From contig CAXXFF010000002.1 of NCBI GenBank assembly GCA_963676835.2, positions 992,001 through 1,056,000 on the forward strand: a DNA stretch of 64,000 bases, written 5' to 3'. The notes below the pieces were generated by a model that was not told the DNA's origin, did no database searches, and worked only from the letters and a program-made list of their open reading frames with translations. The stretch comes from Marispirochaeta sp. GTDB taxonomy: Bacteria; Spirochaetota; Spirochaetia; JC444; Marispirochaetaceae. Both the position numbers and the translations under genes were made by a program. Positions 48,741 to 58,147 of this stretch are shown here, piece after piece (position 1 is the first letter of the stretch; every line of letters starts with the position of its first letter).

Positions 48741-50597
48741 ATGGGAAGTTCACCAAAATTCAGTTTCAAAGATGTTCTCTACCCCTTTACGGTCTGGAAG
48801 AACATTCTCAAAGAGCCGGTAACCCTTAAGCACCCGGAAAAACGGGAGGGATCCGACCGCTACCGGGGCTTTCATACCAACGATATCACCAAGTGCATTG
48901 GCTGCGGCACCTGCGAGGAAATCTGCCAGAATGCCGCCATCGACCTGGTCCCCTGTGAGGGAGTCGAAGCAAAGCCGGGAGATTCCGGCCTGCGTCCCCG
49001 GGTGGACTACGGCCGCTGCTGCTGGTGTGCCCTCTGTGTTGATGTCTGTACAACCAACTCCCTCGGAATGTCCAACAACTTCCGCTGGGCTGTAGAAGGC
49101 GAGAATCAGGGAGAGGGCAATGAAGCCAACGGCACTCCCGATGACTACCGCTTTATAATCGGTGCGGAGGAGAAGTCCTGGGATAGCGCGGAAAAGGGCT
49201 ATAAAAAGCCTGAGGATTACGATCTGACTCCTCCCGAGCGGGTTGCCATGGATCATCTCTCCGTGGATGAACGGGCTGACTCCTTTATCGAAATGATGAA
49301 GGGCTATTCGAAGGAACAGGCCCTGAAAGAGGCAGACCGCTGCGTTGAGTGCGGTCTCTGCACGGCCACCTGTCCCGCCCACATGGGAATCCCTGCCTAT
49401 ATAAAGGCCATCCGGGAGGATGATCTCGAAGAAGGTTTAAGAATTCTCTATGAAACCAACCCCCTGCCGGAGGTCTGCGGCCGTATCTGTACCCACAAAT
49501 GCGAGACCGTCTGTTCCATCGGTCATAAGGGCGATCCCCTTTCAATCCGCTGGCTCAAGCGCTACATCGCCGACAATGTACCGGCGGAAAAGTACAAGGA
49601 GATTCTTGGAACCTCAAAGCTTGCCAAAAACGGCATGAAGGTGGCGATTGTAGGATCCGGTCCTTCCGGCCTGTCCGCTGCCCACTATCTCTCCCTGATG
49701 GGCTATCAGGTAACCATTTTCGAAGCCCTGCCGGAAGCAGGCGGAATGATGCGCTATGGAATACCGGAATACCGGCTTCCCTATGATCAGATCGACAAGG
49801 ATATAAACTATATTGTCTCTCTGGGCGTGGAGATCCGTACCAACTGCAAAGTCGGTAAAGAGGTTTCCCTTGAGGATCTGCACCGTGATTATGACGCTGT
49901 CTTTGCGGGCACCGGTCTGCATCTGGGCCGCTCCACCCGGCTGGAAAACTCGGACCATAAAAAGGTGCTTCAGTCTATCGACCTGCTGCGGAAAATCAGT
50001 CTGGGAGAAGAGGTTCCCGTACCGGAAAAGATCGTGGTAATCGGCGGCGGAAACGTAGCCATGGATATTACCCGCTCTCTGGCCCGCTTCCAGCGGCAGA
50101 AATACGGCAAGGTGAATATTGTCACCACCTGTCTTGAGCCCGCCGACGGCATGCTGGCAGATGACGAAGAGGTTGAAGAGGCCCAGGAGGAGGGAGCTAT
50201 GATTACCCCCGCCTACGGCCCCCAGCGGATAGAGATTATCGATGAGGAGAATGTAAAAGGGCTCCATGTTGCCAAGTGTCTGGCCATCTTCGATGAGGAG
50301 AAACGCTTTAACCCCTCCTTCGACCTGAATGATACCCGCTTCTATGAGGCGGACATGATTGTTGAGTCCATCGGACAGGCCTCGGATATTACCTACATTC
50401 CCGAGCAGGTAATGAACGATCTGGAACTCAGCCCCCGCCGTCAGGTTGTGGCCGATCCGGACTGGCAGGTAAAGGGTGTGCCCTGGCTCTTTGTGGGAGG
50501 CGACATTGCCAAAGGCCCGGATGTTATTACAGGAATTTCCACCGGCCATCTGGCGGCAGTAGGAATTGACCGTTATCTTCAGGAGGGTAAAAAATGA
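48741..50597 (+). CDS. NuoI-like 2x[4Fe-4S] domain fused to a GltD/SudA-like FAD/NAD(P) oxidoreductase
   Basis: YRGFH...CIGCGTCEEIC, CCWCALCVDVC, then EADRCVECGLC...CP, CGRIC...C, GSGPSG, YGIPEYRL, GGGNVAMD. Confidence 0.9.
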   Translation: MGSSPKFSFKDVLYPFTVWKNILKEPVTLKHPEKREGSDRYRGFHTNDITKCIGCGTCEEICQNAAIDLVPCEGVEAKPGDSGLRPRVDYGRCCWCALCVDVCTTNSLGMSNNFRWAVEGENQGEGNEANGTPDDYRFIIGAEEKSWDSAEKGYKKPEDYDLTPPERVAMDHLSVDERADSFIEMMKGYSKEQALKEADRCVECGLCTATCPAHMGIPAYIKAIREDDLEEGLRILYETNPLPEVCGRICTHKCETVCSIGHKGDPLSIRWLKRYIADNVPAEKYKEILGTSKLAKNGMKVAIVGSGPSGLSAAHYLSLMGYQVTIFEALPEAGGMMRYGIPEYRLPYDQIDKDINYIVSLGVEIRTNCKVGKEVSLEDLHRDYDAVFAGTGLHLGRSTRLENSDHKKVLQSIDLLRKISLGEEVPVPEKIVVIGGGNVAMDITRSLARFQRQKYGKVNIVTTCLEPADGMLADDEEVEEAQEEGAMITPAYGPQRIEIIDEENVKGLHVAKCLAIFDEEKRFNPSFDLNDTRFYEADMIVESIGQASDITYIPEQVMNDLELSPRRQVVADPDWQVKGVPWLFVGGDIAKGPDVITGISTGHLAAVGIDRYLQEGKK

Positions 50598-51034
50598 GCG
50601 AAGTACAAATTTCCGATATTCTTAAATACTCCATAAAAATTGAACACGAAAGCATGCTCTTTTATCAGGATGCTGCTCCCGGAGCACAAGGAGAAGAGGT
50701 TAAGACTCTGCTTACTGAACTGGCAGATGAAGAGGTAAAGCATGAAGCACGTCTGAGTAAACTGCTGGATGAGCTCGAAGACGGCGCTGCTGCCGGCTTT
50801 GATCACAACTCCATGAAGAAGCTGATCCAGACCAGTGAGATTCCTTCGGGCGCTGACGAAGAGGCTGTACTGACAGTTGCCCTGGAGCGGGAGGTGAACA
50901 CCAGGGATTTCTACGGGCAGGTTTCCACCCTGACTAACCTCGATGCCAATGTTGTTGATGTCTTTGATATGCTCTACAAACAGGAATCGGGACATGTTTT
51001 AAGAATTTCAGGACTGCTGAAAAAGCTGTCCTGA
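50594..51034 (+). CDS. Ferritin-like (rubrerythrin diiron domain) protein
   Basis: E...FY, EEVKH, E...FY, QESGH diiron pattern. No rubredoxin domain. Confidence 0.85.
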   Translation: MSEVQISDILKYSIKIEHESMLFYQDAAPGAQGEEVKTLLTELADEEVKHEARLSKLLDELEDGAAAGFDHNSMKKLIQTSEIPSGADEEAVLTVALEREVNTRDFYGQVSTLTNLDANVVDVFDMLYKQESGHVLRISGLLKKLS

Positions 51035-51054
51035 TAGTCAGTTTTCTTCCACTG

Positions 51055-51091
51055 AAAGAGCTTTCGTACAGACATGCGGAAGCTCTTTTTT
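51055..51091 (+). terminator. Intrinsic terminator of the Mbx-like operon
   Basis: Stem AAAGAGCTTTCGTA...TGCGGAAGCTCTTT followed by a T run. Confidence 0.8.
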
Positions 51092-51153
51092 ATTGAATGT
51101 ACACGTAGCTTTCATGTATGAAATAAATTATCATTATTTATGGTTAGCTGCAG

Positions 51154-52932
51154 ATGATAGAAAGCTTCAGTATTGAATACAATAAAAGAGGTGACCTTGA
51201 TCCTCTGAAATACCGCCTCGATAAATATTCTCCGAAAAATACACTTATTCAGGTTTTTTCCGGAAAGCCTGATCTGGCGGATATTGAAGAGGTTCTTGAA
51301 GACATTACCACCACCTATCCCGGAGTTCCTGTTATCGGGACAACTACTGCCGGTGAAATAATGGACGGGAATGTTTCAGATGGAAAGATTATCATCAGTT
51401 TTTTATTGTTCAATGATACTGCAGTTCAGTCTATTTTTATTAATCAGAATGATGATCTTGCCCTGGCCGGGCGTACCATTGGCGAGGCCTTTGCTTCCCT
51501 TGATCCCCGGGCTGTAATAGTCTTCGGCTGTGGTATTAAGGATAAGCGCACCATTGACGGATCTCCGCTGATTGCCGAACTTCAGCGCAAGCTGCCGCAA
51601 ACAGTCCTTGCCGGGGCGCAGGCCGGTGATAATGGTGCAGCCCTTTCTACCTTTGTGTTTACCGAATCGGGTATTACCGGGAATGGAGTTGCCGCAGCAG
51701 CTCTTTCGGGGGAACATCTTATTGTCAACAATCAGTATGATCTTGCCTGGATACCCATAGGCAAGAGCCTTACCATTACCAAAGCCAAAGGGCGCCGGGT
51801 ATATACCATAGATAACCAGACTCCCTATGATCTGTACAAGCATTATCTTGGACAGGCCGTAGCAGATGGGCTTCCCCTTTCTGCGGTAGATTTTCCCCTT
51901 ATGATCGAAAGGGATGGGATAACCATGGCTGTCCATGCCATGGGAGTAAACGATGACGGCTCTTTCGACTATATTCACAGCTTTCATACCGGGGAACAGC
52001 TTAAATTCGGGTTCTGCCATGCCGGACTGCTTGCTCTCAGTGCCCAGGAGACCTATGAGCACCTCAGTGAGCAACCGGTGGAAGCGGCATTTATGTACAG
52101 CTGTGTATCCAGAAAATGGATTCTCGGTGAGGATATTGATGTTGAGGTCTGCCCTGTAGGACAGATAGCACCCCTCTCCGGTTTTTTTGCCTATGGAGAA
52201 TATTTTTCTCTTCCGTCGGGAAAGAGCTTCTTTTTCAGTCAGACAATGACGGTACTGGGGCTGGCGGAACAGGACCGCAGTATTCCTCCCAATATTGAAA
52301 ATGGCCAGTTCTGTCCCGATAGAACCGAATCCCGTCAGCTGAAGACTTTAAAAGCTCTTCACCGTCTGGTGGAAACTTCAGCCCGGGAGATAGAAGAGAT
52401 TAATACTGAGCTGTTCCAGCTTGCTCAGAAGGATTCCCTTACCGGATTGTATAACCGCCGCTATCTGGATGCTCAGTTTGCTCTTGAAATAAAACGGGCC
52501 GGCAGGACCAGAAAACCACTTTCGGTAATTCTGATGGATGTTGACTATTTTAAACTCTACAATGATACCTATGGACATGTGGCCGGCGATAACTGCCTGC
52601 GGGGAATGGCTCTTGAGGTAAAGAAAATTCTGAAACGGCCGGTAGATCTTTTTGCCCGCTATGGGGGTGAAGAGTTTATCTGTGTTCTGCCCGAAACCGA
52701 CGGTGAAGGTGCACTGCACATAGCTGAACAGATACAAAAAAGCATACAAAACCTATCCTTCATTCATAGTGAGTCAAAGGTTTCGGATTTTGTCACAGTC
52801 TCCATGGGAATTATCACCGCCCGCCGGGTGGATAACAGTATGACCCAGGACTTTTTTATCAAAGCCTGTGATGCAAAACTTTATGAGGCAAAAGCTGCCG
52901 GAAGAAACTGTGTTATGTCAGGTGAATTGTAA
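51154..52932 (+). CDS. FIST-domain diguanylate cyclase
   Basis: IGTTTAGEI, AGDN, YSCVSR, GFFAYGEY (FIST). DSLTGLYNRR, RPVD, RYGGEEF. Confidence 0.9.
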   Translation: MIESFSIEYNKRGDLDPLKYRLDKYSPKNTLIQVFSGKPDLADIEEVLEDITTTYPGVPVIGTTTAGEIMDGNVSDGKIIISFLLFNDTAVQSIFINQNDDLALAGRTIGEAFASLDPRAVIVFGCGIKDKRTIDGSPLIAELQRKLPQTVLAGAQAGDNGAALSTFVFTESGITGNGVAAAALSGEHLIVNNQYDLAWIPIGKSLTITKAKGRRVYTIDNQTPYDLYKHYLGQAVADGLPLSAVDFPLMIERDGITMAVHAMGVNDDGSFDYIHSFHTGEQLKFGFCHAGLLALSAQETYEHLSEQPVEAAFMYSCVSRKWILGEDIDVEVCPVGQIAPLSGFFAYGEYFSLPSGKSFFFSQTMTVLGLAEQDRSIPPNIENGQFCPDRTESRQLKTLKALHRLVETSAREIEEINTELFQLAQKDSLTGLYNRRYLDAQFALEIKRAGRTRKPLSVILMDVDYFKLYNDTYGHVAGDNCLRGMALEVKKILKRPVDLFARYGGEEFICVLPETDGEGALHIAEQIQKSIQNLSFIHSESKVSDFVTVSMGIITARRVDNSMTQDFFIKACDAKLYEAKAAGRNCVMSGEL

Positions 52933-52950
52933 ACTGCCCGCAACTCAGCG

Positions 52951-54906
52951 TTACTTCTCAATCCGGTTTCTTCCCCGGTTTTTGGCAACATAGAGAAGTT
53001 CATCCGCCCTGCTTACCATTTTAGACGAGCTTTCTCCCAGATTCTCAGCAACGCCGCCGCTGATGGTTATTTTCCTGTTGGTATCAAATTCCCAGGTAAC
53101 TTTAGAAACCAGCTCCCGCAGTCTGTCTGCAAGATCATATGCTTCTTTCAATCCTGTTTCCGGAAGCACAACAAGAAATTCTTCTCCTCCGTACCTGCCG
53201 ATAATGTCGGTTTCTCTCAGGTTGTTTTTAATAACCTCCACAGTTTTCAACAGGACAAGGTCGCCAATCTGGTGCCCGTAACAGTCATTTACACTTTTAA
53301 AAAAGTCGATATCAAATAAAATGATGGAGAGACTGTTGTTATATCGGGTACTTCTCTTCACTTCTTCTTCGAGATACCCGCTGATGTACTTCTTGTTGAA
53401 AATCATGGTCAGGCCGTCTCTTATTGAGATATACCTCAGGGATTCCAGGGCCTTTTCTGCAATTGCTTCTTTCTCTTTCAGCCGCTCCGTCATGACATTA
53501 AAATAGTTGGTGACATCTCCCATTTCCGAGCCTATGTCTGATTCCAGTTTCTGTATCCCGTCTACTTTACTGTTTTCGATGATTTGTCTCATTGAGTTTG
53601 AAAGTTCAATGACGCTGGAGCATGACCCGTGTTCCGCGATATTCAAGCCGATCTTCTCATGCTCCGGCGAGACCCTGACCGGTATGAATCTTTTTATTCC
53701 CGCAAGGATAAGAAATGAAAGTCCAAATCCCCAGACAAAGCAGGTAATGACTCCGATACCCTGAATGCCGATCAGTTCGAGTCTGGTGTGGCTGAGTTCG
53801 GTAAGGATGCTGTTTTTTATAAAGACTCCGGTGGCAATGGTACCCCATACACCGGCAAAAGCGTGAACAGGAACAGCGGAAACAACATCATCAATACCTG
53901 CTTTTTCAAGCAGGTTCGTACCGTAGTAGACAATCAAACCGGCGACGATTCCGATTACCAGGGATGCGCCGGAGGGAACATAGGCACATCCTGCGGTGAT
54001 GGCAACCAGCCCTGCAATCACCCCGTTGATGATCATCTCCGGTTCCGGAAGCCTGCTTTTACCCATGGACATGCTTAAAAACATGGAGGTTATTCCCCCG
54101 AAGGAGGCTGCAATAATAGTATTCAGTACAATCTGTGCAACCCCGGGATCTGCTTCCAGAGAACTTCCGCCGTTAAAGCCGAACCAGGCGAAAAAGAGAA
54201 TAAAGGTACCCAGATAGGCAAATACAATATTGTGCCCCTGAATTTTCTGGGGAGTACCATCGGCAGCAAATCTACCCGTACGGGGACCGATTACAATCGC
54301 GCCGGCCAGGCCCACCCAGCCGCCGATGGAATGCACAACGCTTGATCCTGCAAAATCGAGAAAGCCCAGATTCTGCAGCCAGCCGGCCTGGTTTTCGTAG
54401 AAGAGTCCCCCCCAGGCCCAGTGGCCGAAAATAGGATAAATAAGCGCTGATGTAATAAAGGACATTATCAGATAGGTACTGAATTTTGCCCGCTCCGCCA
54501 CAACTCCGGAATCGATGGTTGCCGCGGTACCTACAAAAACAGCCTGAAAAGTAAAAAAGGTTGCTTTCCAGCTGTCATCATTAAAGGAGGTGAAAAAATC
54601 AGAAATACCCACAAGGCCGAGAAAAGATCTGCCGAACATCAGTCCGTACCCGATAAACCAGAAGGCGGCAATGGAGAAGATAAAGTCCGTAAGGTTTTTG
54701 ATGGCGACATTTATTGAGTTCTTCGCTCGTGAAAGTCCTGTTTCCAGGGCCATGAATCCTGCCTGCATAAGGAACACCAGCATTGCGGAGACTAGAACCC
54801 AGAGGATGTCGTCAAGAGATTTGCCGTTTGAAATACCTTCTGTAATTCCCTGGGAAAAGAGCGGATTCAGTAAAAGCAGCAGTGCGGGAACAAGGAGGTA
54901 TCGCAT
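52951..54906 (-). CDS. amt: Ammonium transporter (Amt) fused to a GGDEF domain
   Basis: FLMQAGF..LE, DFAGSSVVH, WFGFNGGS, GLVAITAG, DDVV..VPVH. C-terminal RETD...RYGGEEF. Confidence 0.92.
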   Translation of the reverse strand: MRYLLVPALLLLLNPLFSQGITEGISNGKSLDDILWVLVSAMLVFLMQAGFMALETGLSRAKNSINVAIKNLTDFIFSIAAFWFIGYGLMFGRSFLGLVGISDFFTSFNDDSWKATFFTFQAVFVGTAATIDSGVVAERAKFSTYLIMSFITSALIYPIFGHWAWGGLFYENQAGWLQNLGFLDFAGSSVVHSIGGWVGLAGAIVIGPRTGRFAADGTPQKIQGHNIVFAYLGTFILFFAWFGFNGGSSLEADPGVAQIVLNTIIAASFGGITSMFLSMSMGKSRLPEPEMIINGVIAGLVAITAGCAYVPSGASLVIGIVAGLIVYYGTNLLEKAGIDDVVSAVPVHAFAGVWGTIATGVFIKNSILTELSHTRLELIGIQGIGVITCFVWGFGLSFLILAGIKRFIPVRVSPEHEKIGLNIAEHGSCSSVIELSNSMRQIIENSKVDGIQKLESDIGSEMGDVTNYFNVMTERLKEKEAIAEKALESLRYISIRDGLTMIFNKKYISGYLEEEVKRSTRYNNSLSIILFDIDFFKSVNDCYGHQIGDLVLLKTVEVIKNNLRETDIIGRYGGEEFLVVLPETGLKEAYDLADRLRELVSKVTWEFDTNRKITISGGVAENLGESSSKMVSRADELLYVAKNRGRNRIEK

Positions 54907-55147
54907 TCCTTCTCCTCAGTGGAAAATTGGTTTAGGCTTGGTTTATGTTAACTTCATCGGGGGAGTTAAGCAGCAAGCATAGATTAACATAATTACATTG
55001 CAAAAAGCGTACCATATACGTGTTGATATATTAATTCATTTATAGATAAGCATTTATAACCATTCTGTATAGCTCAGTGGCTGTTCGGTGGGCGTAAAGC
55101 TACAATTTTGAGGTTCCGGAATATTGTTTTTTACTTTCAGGTAAAAA

Positions 55148-55909
55148 CTACAGGGTAATTCTGTCTCCCGCATGAAATACGGTAACCGGCAGTCTGTCGC
55201 TCATATGTTTAAGGGTCGGGAAATCGATGCAGTGCATGGGATAGAAGAACTCCATATTCTTTTTCTCAAACCATGATACAGTCTCTACGACTGTTTCCCG
55301 GTTGTCATCAAACAGGTGCATGCCGCCGATAACTCCTCTCAAGGGTTGACCGGTAACCTCTTCCGCCTGAATACAGATATTTGCAATACCCGAATGGGAA
55401 CATCCGCTGATAACAATACAGCCTTTATCTGTTTTCAGAGCCAGGGCGGAATCTTCCCGCATGGGATCATCGTTATGCATTCCACTTTCGAAGGGGGTTT
55501 TCCTGGGGATTTGTCCGAGAAAAAACAGCCCGTCACCTATTTCAAGCGCTTCGGCTGAGAGTTCCAGGGTATAGCGTTTCTCTAAAAGGGCTTTCAGCCC
55601 GGCCGGCAATTTTTCCATAAGTTCCGGATGGGCGTACAGCTTTGTGCCGGGAGAGGGGGTAAAAAATTCCAGGCCGTCAGCATGATCCCAGTGGTGATGA
55701 GACAGGGTAACTCCGTTTACTGAAGCCAGGTCTGACTGCATATGTTCTGCATTCTTGAGAAAAAGTCCGGAGGGTCCGCCGTCGAGAAGGATGTGCTGCT
55801 TCTGCCAGTGTATCAACAGGCTCAATCCCCATTCCGCCTGACAGGTCCGGGCATGTTGTCTGCCTACGGTATTTTCCATCAGTATATCTACAGTCAGAGT
55901 GTTACTCAT
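55148..55909 (-). CDS. MBL-fold metallo-hydrolase
   Basis: AEWGLS, LSHHHWDHADG, SGCSHSG, GGMHL, PMHC. Confidence 0.88.
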   Translation of the reverse strand: MSNTLTVDILMENTVGRQHARTCQAEWGLSLLIHWQKQHILLDGGPSGLFLKNAEHMQSDLASVNGVTLSHHHWDHADGLEFFTPSPGTKLYAHPELMEKLPAGLKALLEKRYTLELSAEALEIGDGLFFLGQIPRKTPFESGMHNDDPMREDSALALKTDKGCIVISGCSHSGIANICIQAEEVTGQPLRGVIGGMHLFDDNRETVVETVSWFEKKNMEFFYPMHCIDFPTLKHMSDRLPVTVFHAGDRITL

Positions 55910-56061
55910 GCTTTTCTCTCTCCAGTGTGGATGCAGTTATTGATTTATAGTATCATTATTATTAGGCGAAGGTATAGCGTCGATATGGGGTGGATTATTG
56001 TTGCTCCCAACCTAAAAATCACGGTCTTCTTTTTCGTATCAAGGGGCATACTTGAACAGGG

Positions 56062-56994
56062 TTATTCAGTATTAAACACGGTGCAGCAGTTTCTGCCGTT
56101 TTTTTTCGATTCGTACAGACCCAGATCTGCCCGTTTAATAAAAGTCTCAATACTGTCGTTAGCATTCATCTGGGTAATACCGAAACTGGCGGTAATACGA
56201 AGGTTTTTAAGAATATCGGATTTTTCAATTAATATACGAAGTCTGTCCGCTACCTTCCGTGCGTCTATTGCCTGGGTGTACTGAAGGACAATGATGAATT
56301 CCTCTCCGCCGTATCGTACAAAACAATTTTCGCCGCGTATTGATTCGCTGATAATTTTAGATACCCTCACTAACACAATATCACCGTAATCATGGCCGAA
56401 ATTGTCATTAACTCGTTTGAAGTAATCAATGTCCAGCATAATGAGACTCAGGGGAAGCTTTTTTCTTTTGGCCAGAGGCATAGCCTGTGATAGATGCTCA
56501 ACCAGAAAGCGTCTGTTGAATACACCTGTAAGGTCATCTTTTCTGGTTAGTTCAGCGATTTTTTTATTGGCTTTCTCCAGCTGTGCATTCTTTTTGCCAA
56601 GTTCTCTGAGGAGGTTATTTGTATCGTTTGCAATACTGCTGAACGACGAAAGTGCATCTGTTTCTTCTGCATTCACCAGCTCTGATGCAATAATAATTTT
56701 CTGATCTATTTGTGCAGCTACAATTTTAAATTTTCTACAGTCTGGTTTGATGGGAACGTCATACATGGACAGGATGCGGCCGGTTTTCAGGTTACCCATA
56801 AATTCAGTTTTGTCGATCTCAAGGTAGGCGAAAATATCCGTATTGTTCAAATTGCTATTGTGAACGATTTGTTTAAAATATTTATTGGAACAGAGGATCT
56901 TAAAATCAACATCACATACACAATAGGCTACCAGGTTCAGGTTGTTGAATAATTCGATCAGTCCGCCTTGGGTCTGGCAGAATATACTATTCAT
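56062..56994 (-). CDS. Diguanylate cyclase (PAS-like, coiled coil, GGDEF)
   Basis: DDLTGVFNRR, DIDYFKRVND, RYGGEEF. ATG56994 overlaps the 3' end of the upstream gene. Confidence 0.88.
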   Translation of the reverse strand: MNSIFCQTQGGLIELFNNLNLVAYCVCDVDFKILCSNKYFKQIVHNSNLNNTDIFAYLEIDKTEFMGNLKTGRILSMYDVPIKPDCRKFKIVAAQIDQKIIIASELVNAEETDALSSFSSIANDTNNLLRELGKKNAQLEKANKKIAELTRKDDLTGVFNRRFLVEHLSQAMPLAKRKKLPLSLIMLDIDYFKRVNDNFGHDYGDIVLVRVSKIISESIRGENCFVRYGGEEFIIVLQYTQAIDARKVADRLRILIEKSDILKNLRITASFGITQMNANDSIETFIKRADLGLYESKKNGRNCCTVFNTE

Positions 56995-58078
56995 TTGTGT
57001 GGTCCGCAATTTCGTCCGCTTTGTTACGGGCATCTTCAAAACTGTATGCTATGTAATCTGCGTGGACAACTGTCGCAAGTTCCGGGAACTGGCGAAGGAG
57101 GTATCCCCCCAGAAAAACAGTGATCCTGCTTAATTCCTGATCCTCTTTTATGTGGTTTACCAGATCTATTACCTGATCAAGATTAAATGCCATTGTTATG
57201 GAAATCCCGAGAACATCGGGGGAGAATGATTTAAGTATCGCGATTACATCCTTAGTTGGTGTATTTGCCCCCAGATAGTGAACATCCCACCCGTCGAGCT
57301 CAAACATGTTTGCTATCATCCATGCGCCAATCTCATGAAACTCATTGGGTGCGGAGGTTATTAACATTTTTCCCTTCACCGCGTCCGGTACCTTCACATG
57401 CTGATAAAATGATGCAAGGATCCGGGAAACAATCGCGGAGGCAAGGTGTTCTTCTGCAACCGATATTTCTCCAAGCTCCCACTTCTTTCCTATCTGATAC
57501 ATAACCGGCTGGATCAAATTAAGATAGAAATCAGCAATATCAGCATCCTTGGCCAGATAGTCATTAACAATTGAGAAAACATCCTTCTGTCTTCCGGAGA
57601 TAAGTGAAGCTAAAAGTTTTTCCTGAAGAGGGGGCAACTGTGTAGGCCAGCTTTCTGTTTGTAACTGTTGAGAGAGGGCAATTGTTCTGGAGTGCTTTTC
57701 AATAAGCAGTTCATAGATTTTTACCAGTTCTTCTTTATCAAGCCCGGTTAGGGTTTGTTCTGCTGCAAGTCTCCAAAGCTTAAAGGCTGCAAGGAAGTAG
57801 TCATACCTGAATCCCTGATTATGGTACGCTCTGTATACCCAGGGCAGGGTGTGAAACAGTAAAGAGAAGTCTCCCAGCAGCAGTACCGTATTCATATAGG
57901 CAATATGATTTCTCTGCTGATCCAGCATGGTGGGGATGTTTATTTCACCGCCAATGAGAGCCGCAGTCTCAGAATTGTTCATCATCATGCTGTTAACTTT
58001 CTGCAGCAGCAGGTCTTTGTTTTGTTTTACCGTCTGTTTAAGACTTTCGGTAACTATAATGTTGTTTATATCACTCAT
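56987..58078 (-). CDS. Cobalamin-binding domain protein (B12-binding_2 + B12-binding)
   Basis: IGKKWELGEISVAEEHLAS, EFHEIG, YLGANTP, GIS, GG. Start could be up to 58126. Confidence 0.88.
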   Translation of the reverse strand: MSDINNIIVTESLKQTVKQNKDLLLQKVNSMMMNNSETAALIGGEINIPTMLDQQRNHIAYMNTVLLLGDFSLLFHTLPWVYRAYHNQGFRYDYFLAAFKLWRLAAEQTLTGLDKEELVKIYELLIEKHSRTIALSQQLQTESWPTQLPPLQEKLLASLISGRQKDVFSIVNDYLAKDADIADFYLNLIQPVMYQIGKKWELGEISVAEEHLASAIVSRILASFYQHVKVPDAVKGKMLITSAPNEFHEIGAWMIANMFELDGWDVHYLGANTPTKDVIAILKSFSPDVLGISITMAFNLDQVIDLVNHIKEDQELSRITVFLGGYLLRQFPELATVVHADYIAYSFEDARNKADEIADHTNE

Positions 58079-58147
58079 GGACGCGTTCCAGCTTTCTATT
58101 ATAGGTGATGGATCATGAGAAATCAAAAATTCTGCAGGTGTAAGATT

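Noticed and set aside
48741..50597. Glutamate synthase small subunit (gltD)
   Set aside because: No gltB is present, and the domain is fused to NuoI inside a respiratory operon.
54943..54993. TTATGTTAA/TTAACATAA inverted repeat upstream of amt as a nitrogen-regulator site
   Set aside because: AT-rich and widely spaced; it does not match the GlnR/TnrA, NtrC or NrpR consensus.
55067..55125. tRNA-like start TAGCTCAGTGG and GGTTC
   Set aside because: No cloverleaf, acceptor stem or proper T-loop can be formed.
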